A stretch of DNA of 63,207 bases, filler included, from Welwitschia mirabilis (GCA_051453625.1; 5 parts of one record of this genome joined end to end with filler, not necessarily neighbours in it); one strand, 5' to 3'; shown: positions 25,589 through 39,566, counted from the whole stretch's first letter. Notes: generated by a model from the letters alone, not told the origin. Numbers and translations are program-made.

Positions 25589-27329
25589 GTAAGCCTTTTT
25601 TGTCATTTATTATTGGTATTTGAATATTTTGACTTTTATGATGATATATGACACAGGAAGATGTGGATGATGTCAAAATCAAGAGTAGGCTAACAAAAAT
25701 TGAAAAACAAATCATGCAAATTTGTCATATAAAATCAGCATAGTGCAACTATCAACAACTTGGCAAATGAATTTTGAGTTCAAGTTAGTACACTCAAACA
25801 ATTTATTATTGTTTAACTTTACAAACATTGACTCAACCTATCAACATTAGTATTGACGATGTGTTTGACATTTTTCCTATGTGATAATTGTGTTACGTTG
25901 TGAATATGCAAAATTTAGACATCAAATGGGTCACCAGACTTATTATTGTCTAATGAGAATCAATGACATGACATAGGATGCTTTTCCTTAATGCCTAATC
26001 TTACTGTCTTTTATGTCTTCTGCCTTTTTGGGTTATGTCTCTTTCTTAAGAGATACATTTACAATAAATAACTAGCAGTTTCTTTTACACATAAGCTAAC
26101 CTTTTGTTAATGACTTTTGTTTTTATTATTATTTTTAAGCTTTCATGAAGCCTTTTGAGTTTATTATTCATTTCTTTAACATTTGTCTTTGAGAAGACTG
26201 GAGTATACTCATTAAAATCTTTTTAATTTTGTTTAATAATTATGATATATTTTCATAACACTTAAGAATACTATAAATTTGACTGCATGATATATATCCC
26301 TTAGTCAGCACTATTTCTTACAGGATTGTTTTCTCCTTTCAGAGAGAAAAGATGTTGATCCAGTTTTGAAAAGTGAAACATTTCATTGGGAAGAATGATG
26401 ATCATCTGTGTCTTTCAAAAGTTGCCACCTAGCATCTTGCCAGTGGTGTCCTAGATACTGAGGCCTTATGACTTTTTCAGGGGAGAAAATTTCTAGCAAT
26501 CTATTGTCAAGCTACAGTTTTTTTTTTTCCTTTTCTTTTCTCTTCTTTTTTTGGGTAAGCAGTCCTCATTAATTTAGGGGAAAAATTTAAAAAACCTATT
26601 TAAAGGGGATTCAAGTCCTCACCTTTCTTTTGCATTTTCCCCCTCGCTTCTCTTAGTGTCAAACAACTCTTTGCAATAGCACACTTGAAGAAATACGGTT
26701 TCTCATCTCTTAAAACCCATAAAATGTATACACAAGTAATAAAACATGGGAGAATATAAAGTTTTTTTAATTTCTTGGGATTTTGCTGGGATAGCTATAC
26801 TTCTTCTGAGATCCGATGGAATCTCATCTGGAAACTTTATGTCTGTGTCCGTGACAAGATATAGGGCATAGTCATAACTTCACACCAAATAGCATCATTA
26901 AAGATTACTTAATCAATCTCTTTCTTTATTGTTTCACCCTCATGAGATCTGGTTTCATTTAACAGTATGTTTTTTCTTGCATATTATCCACAATTCCTAG
27001 ATTTCGACAAGCAGAAACCAGAAAAATAATGACTTTAACACAACTAGAGCAGTAGTTAAGAATATAATTGTTGAAGTTGATAAGAGAAGAGGAAACAACA
27101 CTAATGATATGTAGATTACTAATTTACTATGTTGAATGTATTTCTTTCAACCCTTCAACTCTCGACATCAATACCAGGCTGCCATTAGCGGGGTGGTGCC
27201 TTCATGCCAACAACCACTACATCCAACGCTCCTTCCAATTTTCCATCCCCTTTTGGTGCCAAATTCCTTGACTGGTAATAGTGTTCACTCATCAGTGGTA
27301 CATGGCAAGCTACACAACAGTTCAGAAGT

Positions 27330-27800
27330 GTCACATTTTGGAAAATTCAATGGTGATGTTGACCCAGTTTCCTATGCAAGGGCATACCAGAGTCCCTATG
27401 TCTTCTTTTCTAGTGACATGCCTATCAAGATCAAGTTCCTTTGTTTTGCAGATCATTGACTGGTCCTGCTTTAGAATAATATCACAACTGACCACATTCT
27501 TCTACTGACACTGAAGTGGACCAAGAGTTCCTAAAATAATCTCAGTCAGCTGTTTTTCAATTGATCCCTGGCTCATCTTATTGAAAACTATGCAGGCAGA
27601 AGACAAGTCTGTTTTAGAATTTATTGTCAAATATATTAAGGATTCCAACCATTCTTAGATCAGAATTTAACTTCTGTCTTAGTCAAAAAATTTAATCATT
27701 TCATCTTATGAATAATGGCATATATTGAAAAATCCTTTCAGGGTCAACTTGTGCTACATTCAAGCAGATAAAATAAGAACAATCCTCTATTGACTAGACC
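27330..27800 (+). mobile_element. Ty3/gypsy (Tat-like) gag remnant
   Basis: GKFNGDVDPVSYARAY ... LFCRSLTGPALE*YHN*PHSS ... MQAEDKSVLEFIVK resembles the retrotransposon gag domain (KFdG..DP, LFxxSLxGPAxxWY). Confidence 0.65.
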
Positions 27801-27921
27801 AAAACTTGTTGCGAATAAAGCTAAGAATAAACACTCAAAACAACCAAGTAAAGGTGAAGGTTGCTTCTGCGAATAAGAGCGCAACATGGAATCCAAAATC
27901 AGAAGAGGCAACTATTACGAT

Positions 27922-28912
27922 TGTAAGGTGAATAGAGTATTTAAAAAATATTCATAAATAAATTTAAATTCTTTTTGAAACAAAAATGAAATCAGCAGCA
28001 GGAAGTCAAAGATTAAATGACACCAGGATTTTATAGTGGTTCGACAACTGACCTACTCCACTCTCAGGGGGTAGCAACTGCTATTAACCTCCTGGTTCTG
28101 TTATCATTTTCGATCTTTACAACTTCCTCCTTTTTCTTCTTTACTTCAAGAAAAGGCAGGACAATACAATAGAGCTCAAACCTGTGAGCAATCTAATCAG
28201 AAGTACAGTAGAGAGAATCAGATGGGAAAGTGCCTTCATAATGCACGATACATTAGCAGTGAGAAGTACAAAATGAAATGATTACCAGTTTGGCACAGAG
28301 AATCTTTCCAAAAAGCATGATTTCACAACATTAGAATAGATAACCTAATACACTTCATGAATCTTCTATTTGTCCTCTCTCTTCAATCTAGTTGTTGTAG
28401 TCTATTTTGAAAATCGAGATGCATAAGAAAGGGCATTGCAGGCCCAAAAGGTAGCTGTTTTTGTGTTGGAAAACACGTTGCGCAGGCCAATGGATATACA
28501 GTTTCCGTTGTAACCTTCTTCTGGTCAGCCGTCCCATGCATTTACCCGGACGTCCCACTTTTTAACATAGGAACTTGGATGTCCTAGATTAATTGGTTGG
28601 ATGTTCCGATTTGATTAGGTACAAAAAACTACTTGCAAGGTCAGACGTCCCATTTTATGGGTTGAACGTTCCATCTTCAATTTTGTTGCACAGGGCTACC
28701 TTGTACTCAGATGTCCGAGACTAAGATGTCAGACGTTCCACTTTGAATTCTATCTTCTACTCATGGTGTTAATAGGCCTAGACGTCCCAGTGGGAAGGGT
28801 CGGATGTCCCAGTATAAATTTGACCTTAGTTTAGCTTTTGTTCTCAAGATCATTCTTCATCTGGTCTAAAGCGCTGATTGGTGTTCATCATTGAAACTAA
28901 GTGTCTTTGACA
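27922..28912 (-). mobile_element. Solo LTR of the SIRE-C family (~0.99 kb)
   Basis: 27925-28345 aligns by eye with the SIRE-C 5' LTR (37345-37765); GGACGTCC array at 28548-28810; TGT...ACA ends; no adjacent PPT or PBS; flanks acgat/tcgtt are only a weak target-site duplication. Confidence 0.78.
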
Positions 28913-30429
28913 TCGTTGCAACACCCTACACATTTCGTACAAATATCCATTTGAAATTGTTTGATCAAGAATTTCATTTGTTACCCACATTCAACCCCTT
29001 TGTGCATTCTAGTTTGCTTGCAACTTGATCAAAAATATAGGCCAGAGTTAGGGTTTGTCTCATGCAATGCACACGTCATTCTGTAAGAAAAACAAAAGAA
29101 ACAGAGGGGGAGTGATTACAATTGACTAACAAAATTATTCATTTTTGTGAAGCTGATTAACTACAGTCACATACAAAAATCCAACACACATGGTAATTTC
29201 ACAAATGCTATTTATGAAAACCATCCAGAGAGCAGAAATCAAACAAGCAAGCACTGTTATTGAATTGGTGATTAATCACCAAGTGTCAGAGGGACTGATG
29301 CAGACCTTGTTGACTCCAACACCTCGCTTAGGAGGTCGAATTTTAGGGAATTAATCTACTGCTTACTGGTACATTGCATTCCGGAGAGTACTCATTAGCA
29401 AACTAAAGGAAGAAAGAAAAACCTAAATAAATGACATCCAATGTATCATGTCGCTTAACTGTTGTTTAACGACGAGTTGCCACTGTTTTCTTTGTATTTT
29501 TTATCTACAACAAAGCTCCTCTGCCTGGTGCTACTCACAACTCCGCTCAGTCCTCCTACAGCCTTTGGCCTCTGCAAATAATTCTTTTATCACTTTCCTA
29601 ATATAAAATCTGTATGTCCACTAAGTTGAGCAAAAACCTGGTTGATGCTCAGCATGACACCAAAAACTTGGGGAACCCTTTTAAATTTTAATATTTTCTA
29701 CTTCGATTTTGTGCATACAGAAGTAACACATTGAAAGTAGTGTAGATCTCAGAAAAAGCAGTTACTAGTAAAACAATATAATACTTTTTGTAAAACTGAT
29801 CATTTTAAACACTTCTGATGATATTTATTGAATCTAAGATTGCAAGTGCTATATGAAAATAATCAGGAAGTATGTGGTCAAGGAGCATAGTAGTCAAAAA
29901 CAGATAGTCAGAAAATTGTTAACCCTCAAGTCAGATCCAATAGGAAAAATTGGAAATAATTGTTTCTAAATAGGACAACTAATTGGAAATTCACATAGAA
30001 ATATAAAAACATAGGAGATAAAATTATCTAACTCCAATTGTTTACACTTCCATACATTCAAAAATATGTAGGGAAAATGTTAAGTTGTTCATTTGACTTG
30101 GTCCGATCATGGTTACTATATTGTTATCATGAACCACAGAGTTGCAAACTTCTAATATGTACAACCTCTAAATTTATGCAGAGTTAAAAAAATTAAATGC
30201 CTTATTTCAGCTTGGCTGAGCCAATTACACAAAAGGCATGATTTCTACATTAAATTATCCATTTCAGCTCTACAGAAGTACAAAATACAAAGCAGGGTAA
30301 TGTGCTAACCAGTTTCTAATTACAATGAAGCAAAAAGTCCAAATCAAGACATGCACCATCACATTAGAAGATTAATTCTGATCCACTTGATAGTCAAGGT
30401 CTGTCGATTCTAGTCAAAATAGCCACATT

Positions 30430-30790
30430 TTGGCAGCTATTTTAAACTTTAAATTGGTCAAGACAGATACTAAGATTTACCCTCCAAAGAAGCATTCGCG
30501 GGCAACCAATTCTTTCTGTAAAAAAACTTTGAGATTTCTTAAACAGCCAGCTTTTGTGCCACAGAAGCAGCCTGCAACCCAAGCCATCAGGGAGATAATT
30601 TTCAATATTCCACCATATTGGGATAGGCTTATGGCAGCCAAAGCCAAGACCTTTCAAAGGACATTTAGTATTACCAAACCTGTTCCACAGATCTCTGAAG
30701 GAAGTTAGAAGTAAGCAATCTATTCTGACCCACAATATTGCAGGGCATAGTAGTACATTCATGTGTAGTCAAACCTTTAGAAGGACACTA
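30430..30790 (-). mobile_element. Degenerate LINE ORF2 C-terminal remnant
   Basis: Minus strand reads ...CLLLTSFRDLWNRF...LLLWHKSWLF / RNLKVF, similar to the LWxiWxxRNxxvF end of plant L1 ORF2. Confidence 0.35.
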
Positions 30791-30962
30791 AGCCTACATG
30801 TGCTTAATGTTCGGCAGACATTCTCTTACACTTATCTTTAATTTTTTATTGTATTAAAAAAANNNNNNNNNNNNNNNNNNNNNNNNNNNNNNNNNNNNNN
30901 NNNNNNNNNNNNNNNNNNNNNNNNNNNNNNNNNNNNNNNNNNNNNNNNNNNNNNNNNNNNNN

Positions 30963-33900
30963 ATCATTGAGGAAGTCAAAAATAGGGAAAAACAAGTGGA
31001 GAACAAAGTACAAAAATCATAGAGAATGGCAGAGGATAAGAAGTCAATCAGAGGATTCTACATGGGAGGGTTCCTGTACCTAAGCTTGTGCTGCCGGAGC
31101 TGTTCTACCTCTTCCTCTGATCCAAGGGGTATATCAAAATTGTATGTAGAAAGTCCAAATAAAATTCTGTCTAATTTTCTGTTAGTTTTGTGCATTGTTT
31201 AAAAGAGGACTTCATTTGATATCTCTAAAGTAGAAGAACTTTTACCAACTCTTTTTCTTTTTGAAGGAGAAGAAGGAGCAAGGCCTATAGTCTCTGAAAA
31301 TATGTGCATCTTCTTCAAAGACGAAATATCTAAGGGTTTTGGCAGTTTTACGAACTCTTCATCTTTTTCAATGTTAAAATCTAGATTGACCAGAAGAGCA
31401 ATAATAAGACCACCAAACAAAAGACTAGCATTGGTTGCAACAAAAAATTGGCTCACATATGTCAAAATAAATTTGCACAAATTGAATCTGGCACCTTGCC
31501 CAATACAATACATAATATATGCACATGCTGGAGACATCTCATCCTTGTGACCAAGTTTGGGGACAATATTATGAGTACAAATCCAAAAAATAACTTGGTA
31601 AAATGGTTGTATCTGATTTGTGGGAATGTTGACTTTCCACTTTATGTGTTTCCCACACAATTCATGAGTCAGTTCATCTTTTGGAATGGCTTGCTCTAAA
31701 GTTTGAACTGAGGTAATGTTGTAGAAGGAACCAACATTTGGAAAATCAGTAACCTTCGAAATCATGTCTCGAGTAATCTCTATATTTTTGCCATAAACTC
31801 TAGATGAAATTTTATCATTATACTTATCAAAGTGATCATTGCAATAGAATAGCCTTACCGTTTAACAGAAACTCTGGTCTCTAGGTCCAAAGCGTATTGC
31901 CATTCCAATTCCTCAAACTTGGAAACAATCCTGAGCTTGTGCTTGAAAGAATCAGAATCTATTCTCCTCTTAAGAGCAATATGCCTCTCGGAAAAATAGG
32001 TGAGCCAAAACTTCTTGTGTTCTTCAGTGATGAACCAATTTTCTTTAAAAGAACTTGCTGACTGATTTCCCTTTCTCTTTGTTGCCAGCTTGGTTTTCCC
32101 CATTGAAGAATGAAGGCTTGGATTCATGAGAAGATGAGAGAAAAATGCAAGAGAAATGAAGTGCTGAGGAGGAGGAAAGGAGAAAGCGAGAGAAGATGCT
32201 TGAAATGATTTGAAAATAAGGATTAAACCCTTTAAAAAAGGAGGCGGATGGAGCGCAGGCGTCCTGCACCGCCTTAAAGGTCAGACGTCTGGGTGCGAAA
32301 GTCAGACGTTCGAGCGTTAGATCGAATAGAAAAACAAAAAAAATCCGGACAGTCGGGGAGATAAGGGGGACGATCGAGCAAGAATTGGGGAGAAAAGTAT
32401 GACTGAGAAAAGTGGATGTCCAAGAAGGAATGGTGGGATGTCTGAGAGTTAACTTCAGAAGATTTTTAAATCAAAAAGGCTGGATGTCTGAGAATAGAGG
32501 TGGAACATCCTAGCGTTAACTTGGATTTCATGAATAGGACTTCAGGACGTCCGAGAAATAAGGATGGGATGTCCGAGAAATAATTTAGATTTACAGGACT
32601 GACAAAGAAGTCTTATAACAAAGACACGAATATACATTATTTACAGAAACAAAAAATACAAGATATCAACATATGATACAAAATAAATTTACAATAAAAC
32701 ATGGAAGTCATACCTCATTGGGATTTACTGCAATGCCTAAATTTCATCTTAGGTCTTTGAATCTTTTCTCATCAAGAGCCTTTGTCATAATATCTACAAT
32801 TTGGCTATTAGTAGACATATAATCCAAAGTAACAATATGATTTTGGACTTGATCTCGTATAAAGTGGTGTCTTATATCTCTGTGTTTTGTACGAGAGTGT
32901 TGAATAGGATTTTTCATAATGTTTATGGCACTTGTGTTATCGCAAAACATCCTAATGATTTCATTCTTCACACCAAAATCTATCAACATATGTTTCATCC
33001 ATAACAATTGTGCACAAGAAGCACCCACTGTAATATACTCAGCTCGATAGTTGATAGAGAGGTTGTACTTTGTTTCTTACTCAACCAAGAAACCAAATAG
33101 TTTCCTAGAGAGAAGCAAGCTCCACTTGTGCTTTTCCTATCATCTATACAACCAGCCCAATTTGTATCACAGTAACCTACCAAATCAAGAGAGGTGTCAT
33201 AAAGGTATAACAAGCCATGATTTTGAGTGTGTTTAATGTACCAAAACATTCTCTTGACACATATCAAGTGTGATTCTCTGGAGTCTAATTGATATCTAGC
33301 ACACGTCCCTCCACTGTAAGCTACATTAGGCCTGCTTGCTGTTATGTACAATAGGCTCTCGATCATCTCTCTATAAAGCTTTTGATCAATCTTTTTACCT
33401 GCTTCATCCTTTGATATTTTGACATTTGTGAAGGAGGGAGTCCTAATATCTTTGGCATCCATTATACCATATTACATGTCTCTGGCATATTTAGGCTAAT
33501 CTATGAAAATTCCAGATTTGGTTTGTTTGATTTGAAGACCCAAAAAGAAGTTTAGTTCTCCTACAAGACTCGTTTCAAATTCTTTCTCCATCATCTCTGA
33601 GAAGTCATCAGCAAGGGATGATTTTGTAGCTCCAAATATAAGATCATCTACATAAATTTGAATGATCAAAATATCCTTGCTATCACGTTTAATGAAAAGG
33701 ATTGGATTTGCATTACTTTTAGTGAAACCCTTGGATATGAGAAATAAGTTATAAGCCTATCAAACCATGCCTTTGGAGCTTGTTTGAGCCTATAAAGAGC
33801 TTTGTTAAGCTTGTACACATAGTGGGGAAATTTTGGATCTATAAAACCGGGTGGTTGAGCTACATAGACCTCTTCACTAATATAGCCATTCAAGAAAGCA

Positions 33901-36900
33901 CTCTTGATGTACATTCTAAATAACTTAATCTTGTAAAAACATGTGGAAGCTAATAACAAACGAATTGCTTTTAACCTTGCAACAATAGTAAATGTTTCAC
34001 CATGGTCAATTCATTCCTGTTGACAATGCCCTTAGGCTACTAATTGTGCTTTGTTTTGCACTATATTATGATGTTTATCTCTCTTGTTTTTGTAAACCCA
34101 CTTTGTTCTAATAATGTTTTTGTTTGATGGGGTAGGATCTAGGTTCCAAACTTTGTTCCTCTGAAATTGGTTGAGTTCTTTTTGCATTGCCATCATTCAA
34201 GCCTTATCATGTTTAGCTTCTTAAAAGGTCTTAGGCTCTAATTCAGAAACAAAGCAGAAAAGACTATGATTAATGTGCTTCCCACTTCTAGTGGTTGTTC
34301 CTTGGGTTGGATTACTAACACCATTAGTTTCAAGATGATCTCTTCTTGTTCTGAGAGGAAGACATGAGCCTCTCTTTATACTTCTGTCTTTACTAGTTTA
34401 TGTGAATGGTTGATCTTCCATTCTAACTAGTTGGATGCTTTGTTGAATACTCTATAAGCCTTACTAGTTGAAGAGTACCTATAAAAAATTCCTTCATTTG
34501 CCTTGGACTCAAAATTTCCTATAGGATGTTTAAGGATAAAGCACTTACAAAAACTTTAAAGTAACTTACTGTAGGTTTTTTTTTTACCTTTCCACAGCTC
34601 ATAGATATTTCTTTTAGTACCAGGTCGAAGAAAAGCCTTGTTGCAAACATAACATGTAGTGTTTATCGCTTCAGCCCAAAGACGTTGAGGAAGAGATTGT
34701 TTGTTTAGCATAGTACTAGCCATCTAACATAAAACTCGGTTCTCACATTTTGTAACTCCATTTTGTTGGGGAGTTCTAGGAGTTGAGAATTGATGGCTTA
34801 TTCCATTGGAATCACAAAAGTTTTCAAATTTTTGACTGTCAAATTCCCTTCCTCTATTAGAACGAATTGCTTTAATATTATAATTTTTCTCATTCTGAAC
34901 CGTTTTGACAATTTTCAGGAACATATCATAAGCTTCGTCTTTCCTAGATAGAAATGCTACCCTAGTAAATCTGGAAAAATCATCAAAAACCACCAAAAAA
35001 TATCTCTCTCCTCCTATACTCTTAGTATGAGTTGGGCCTACTAAATCCATGTGAAGGAGGTGTAAGGGTCTTGAAGATGTAGTGTTTTTCTTGCTTTTGA
35101 AACTTGAACGAATAAGCTTTCCTTTAATGCAAGAGTCACAAACCTTGGCTTGAGACATGTTTAGCTTGGGCATAGCTCTTACAATTTCTGTTGATGACAT
35201 ATCCCTTAAATCTTTTACGTTTATATGACCCAATCTTTTATGCTATAGGTTTACTTCATCTGAATGGGCTATATAACATCTTTTACTTGTTTTATTATTG
35301 CATGCAATAATATANNNNNNNNNNCTAGTGATGACTATGTCATTAGTTATCAAATTTCTAACAACATACTTATCTTTAAAGAAGGATACAATGTTACCTT
35401 TGTCACAAATTTGGGAAATGCTAAGAAGATTATGTTTTAGCTCATCTACAAGATAAACATCATGGATCACAAGGTGGTGGTCATTTGTAGCTATTGACCC
35501 TTTTCCGATTATGTGATCTTTACCATTATCTCTAAATGTGACCTCACCTCCATCATATTCCTAAAAAGAACTTAAGAAACTTTTATTCCTAGTTATGTGA
35601 CTTGAGCAGCTACTATCAAGGTACCACTGGTTTTTATCCTGAAGCTTAAATGCAACGTGAGCAAAAGAAGGTAGTTATTGAATTTTTCTTAACCCAGCTC
35701 ATTTGGTTTTTCTTTTCCCTAGCCTGACCACTCAAACAAGACTTGTTTTTAAAATGAAAATTGTAATTATATCCAAAATATAAAGACTTTCTACAGGGGC
35801 AAAACAATTGAACATGATCATATTTATTACAAAAATAACATCTTAAACTAGATTTTTCAAAAGATTGAAATTTTATGATAGGACAAAAATGTTGAACATA
35901 AGTAGACATGCCTAGTGAGCTTGTCTCTTCCTTGCACTAAATGTTCAGCAATTCTTTTTGCATCCTGCAAATCTTTGGAAAATTCTTCTATTCTAGTATA
36001 GTTCCTTCGATTGTATTTTCAGAAGAACATTCTTCTTTCCTAAGCTAATACTAACATTGTACAAGTTTTCATAAGCATCTACTAGCTTATCATAATCTAA
36101 ATCAAAAAATTCTTTGTAATGATTTCCTTTATATACCTGATCAGCTTTTTGCTCTTCTTCAGAAGCAACAAATCCAAAATTTGATTCATATTTGTCATCC
36201 TCAATGATAGATAAAAGTCCAAAGTTTAGTACCTCTTCTTCATCGTTGGAATTGTCCTCTTCACAATCAGAATCATCCCATGTTGCTTTTAGGGCCTTTT
36301 CCTCTTTTCCTTTTGAGAATCTTTCCTTCCTCTTGTTGGCACATTTTAAAGCTACATGCCCAAATCCTTTACATTTGAAACATTGAATTGAGTTGGAAAG
36401 TTGTTTACCTTTTTCATTCCCATGTCTTGAAGATCTCTTCAGTGGTCTTCCTTTTCTCTTTCTCCTTAGAAGCTTTTTGAAGTTTTGAGTGACCAATGCA
36501 AGATCCTCATCTTTAGCTTCCTTAGATGATGAATCCTCTTCGACTTCTTCGTTGGCCTTGAGTGTTATGCTCCTTTTCTTTGAAGCTTCATCTTCAGGTA
36601 AGAGTGTGGCTTCATAAGTTATGAGAGATCCTTTCAGCTCTTCTACCTTGATTTTGTCGATGTCTTTGCTTTCTTCAATTGTTGTTACCTTTGGTCTGAA
36701 CTTCTTTGTTAGGCTTCTAAGGATTTTACACACTATTCGATTCTCAGGTACCTTCTCGTCAAGACCCCATACACTGTTTGTAATGTTGTTGATCTTCGTG
36801 GTATACTTGACAATGGTTTCGCACTCTTCCATCTTGATGTTCTTGAACTTGGTGGTCAACAATTGTAGCTTGGTGTTCTTGACTACGTTTGTCCCTTCAT

Positions 36901-37765
36901 GCGCAATTTTCAGAGTGTCCCATATTTCTTAAGTTGTGGTGCATTAGATAATGCAGTCGTATTCTTTTGGAGCGAGAGCACATATTACCGCATTCATGGC
37001 CAAAGTGTTCAANNNNNNNNNNNNNNNNNNNNNNNNNNNNNNNNNNNNNNNNNNNNNNNNNNNNNNNNNNNNNNNNNNNNNNNNNNNNNNNNNNNNNNNN
37101 NNNNNNNNNNNNNNNNNNNNNNNNNNNNNNNNNNNNNNNNNNNNNNNNNNNNNNNNNNNNNNNNNNNNNNNNNNNNNNNNNNNNNNNTAGAGATGAGTGG
37201 GAGTCTGGAAATGGATTAGCCTTCAGAGAAGCTTGTTGATGCCATTCCTGTAAACCTGAAACAATCACCCAAAAGAGGCTTATTAAGAGCAACTAGACTC
37301 TTATACCAATTGTTAGGATCGATAAACGCTCTTGGTAGTGGGGAAGGTAAATAAAGTATTTAAAAAATATTCACAAATAAATTTAAATTCTTTATGAAAC
37401 AAAAATGAAATCAGTAGTAGGAAATCAAAGAATAAATGGCATCAGGATTTTATAATGGTTCGGCAACTAGTCTACTCCACTCTCAAGAGGCATCAACTGC
37501 TATCAGCCTCGTAGTTCTATTATGACTTTCGATCTTTACAGCTTCCTTCTTTTTCTTCTTCACTTCAAGAAAAGGTAGGACAGTACAATAGAGCTCAACT
37601 CAGTGAGCAATCTAATCAGAAATATAGTAGAGAGAATCAGATGGAAAAGTGCCTTCAGAATGCATGGTACATCAACGTGAGAAGTACAGAAAGAAATGAT
37701 ATGCCAATTTAGCATAGAGGATCTTTCCAGAAAGAATGATTTCACAATGTTAGAATAGATAACCA
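30963..37765 (-). mobile_element. SIRE-C: Sirevirus-type Ty1/copia element, antisense to the host gene, decayed
   Basis: Partial 5' LTR 37311-37765; Met-type PBS (TGGTATAAGAG on minus, 37298-37308); gag ATG at 37245, 289-aa gag ORF 35993-36862; protease WYLDSSCS ~35620; integrase 34724-35233; RT/RNase H 32744-33959 (CDNTSAI...HSRTKH); post-pol ORF. 3' LTR not seen (gap 30863-30962). Confidence 0.93.
31058..32103 (-). pseudogene. Post-pol ('env-like') ORF of SIRE-C, disrupted
   Basis: MGKTKLATKRKG...RHIALKRRID...HNIVPKLGHKDEMS...SLLFGGLIIALL...SPSKRKRVGK; split over ORFs 31855-32127 and 31199-31765. Confidence 0.85.
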
Positions 37766-39038
37766 CATATATCACTCTTCTAGCATATACTTTGGATTGT
37801 ATCCCATGTGTAAGAGCAGAAGGGAACAGACAATGAGCACCACATATATCACAATGAAATATAACGTTTTGAACCCTCTGCATGGTGAAAATACAATGCT
37901 TCAGAACCCTCTTAATTGTGTCTGTCTTAACCTTCAAAACCGTCCATTGAAGCTCCAATGCATGCTTGAGATTTCTTAGGGCTTCATGATGTCCAAGCCA
38001 TGCAATAAAACTGAGGCAGAAGTTCGAAAAGGAACATGAAGTCAGTTTTTGCAATGTCACTGACAGTCTATAGCTGATAAATGGGCAGTCTCTTGCCTTT
38101 GTTATGCCTTGTTTGCCTGCAACAGGGTAGTTGCTTGCCTATGACTCAGTCACACAGTGAGAGCAAAGTAATCATCCACCTAGGACTTGGTTGAAAAGAT
38201 CACACAAATGGTCAAAACTAAGTTGCAAAGCTACCAAGGTTACATCCCATTAAACGATTCATCTGAGAAGGGAACTGAGTGTCATTTGATCATTATTGGA
38301 ACGTTTGACTCAGCCCAACACCATCTTTCAATAATAACTTGAGGCATAAAAGATAGTAATGTACAATATTATCACAATGAATCATGTCTTGATCTCTGAT
38401 CATTTGTTAAGTGTGACTTTAATGTGTCACACTTGTTGAAATGCTCCTTCACAAATTTTTCGAAGGAGTTTTCTTTTGTTTGCAAGGTTTCTTTCACAAT
38501 ATTACTATGCGATATCCTTTTTCACTCTTAACATTTTAAGATATGAATAAAATGGGAGGAATGAAGCTTTGGGTTAGAAATTCTTGTTATGCTGCATAAA
38601 AGAAGAAATCAAACAGTTACAAAGCTCAAAACAGTGAAATGCATTAAAGGAATTAGAAATCGGGCTTTTGAAATAGGATTATTAAAGAAACTTTAGAAAA
38701 GTTTGATAATTACTGATTTTGTTGCTATATTGCTTTAGACAAGATTAAAAATGTAACAGATTAGAGAAAAGAACATAAGAACAATAGTACGATACATTGC
38801 AAAACTTCAGAAACTAGAAAACCTAATTATTAATCACAAGTTTCAAAGCATTCAAACCTATGTTAGAACATACCAAGTTTTTGGAAGAAAGTTATTTTAA
38901 TGCTTCTGAAACCAAGAAGTAGTGACTTAGATGCAAAACCTTTTCCTTCCTATCCTGTGTGTGTCCATGCCATCTTGGCTTCTCAGCTATTAAAGTTTCC
39001 ATATGAGAACAAACTCTTTGTTTGCACCTATTCGTATC

Positions 39039-39135
39039 AATTCCTAGTTAAATAACTAATTATTAATATGAACTTTTGTAACATTATGACTTGTTGACTC
39101 GACCTATTGTTACTAAAAATATGGGCATTGCATTT
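39039..39135 (+). repeat. Dispersed ~95-bp repeat, related to 41765-41932
   Basis: caattcctagttaaataac...ttattaatat...ttatg...ctattgttactaaaaatatgggcatt matches cagttccttagttaaagaac...ttattaatat...ttatgg...ttattgttgctgaatatgggcatt. Confidence 0.65.
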
Positions 39136-39374
39136 ACCCCTTAGGATTAAAGTGTCCTGTTGACTTCTTATTATGTTCTACCCCCATAGTCGCAATAGCC
39201 ATAACTATTGTACTATTAGGTAGAATCTCCTGGTTATTTTCCACACAACATGTAACATAAGACATTGTCCTTGATTGATCTAACAAGTTGTGGAATTCTA
39301 CTTATCCAACCTAGTCAAGTCTCTAAGTAGATCTCACATGCACATAAGAAATTCTTTCTGAAACATCAGAAAAA

Positions 39375-39566
39375 ACCAACTAGACAGAGGCTAATATTCA
39401 ACTGCACAGAAGCATACACGAGTAAAACATCAACTGCACAAAGCCATAAATGAAATATCAGCTGCATAAAGGCAGGAACACAATATCAACTACATAGAGG
39501 CATAGATAAAATTCACCTACCTGGGGGCATTCATGAATAGTACATTAATCTATACAAAGGCATCAC
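39375..39566 (+). repeat. Degenerate tandem array, ~7 units of 21-34 bp with core ATCAACTGCACARAGGCATA
   Basis: Cores visible at about 39375, 39397, 39429, 39457, 39485, 39511 and 39545. Confidence 0.75.

Noticed and set aside
25485..25715. 76-aa minus-strand ORF with a hydrophobic N-terminus and His run
   Set aside because: Antisense shadow of the IMPACT exon; the His run is the complement of the GAT (Asp) codons.
37780..38500. 166-aa ORF 37560-38060 and adjacent coding-like sequence
   Set aside because: About half the ORF overlaps the SIRE-C LTR and the rest has no recognisable motif.
39375..39566. CRISPR-like repeat-spacer appearance
   Set aside because: Repeats are degenerate, spacers too short and irregular, no cas genes, eukaryotic TE context.
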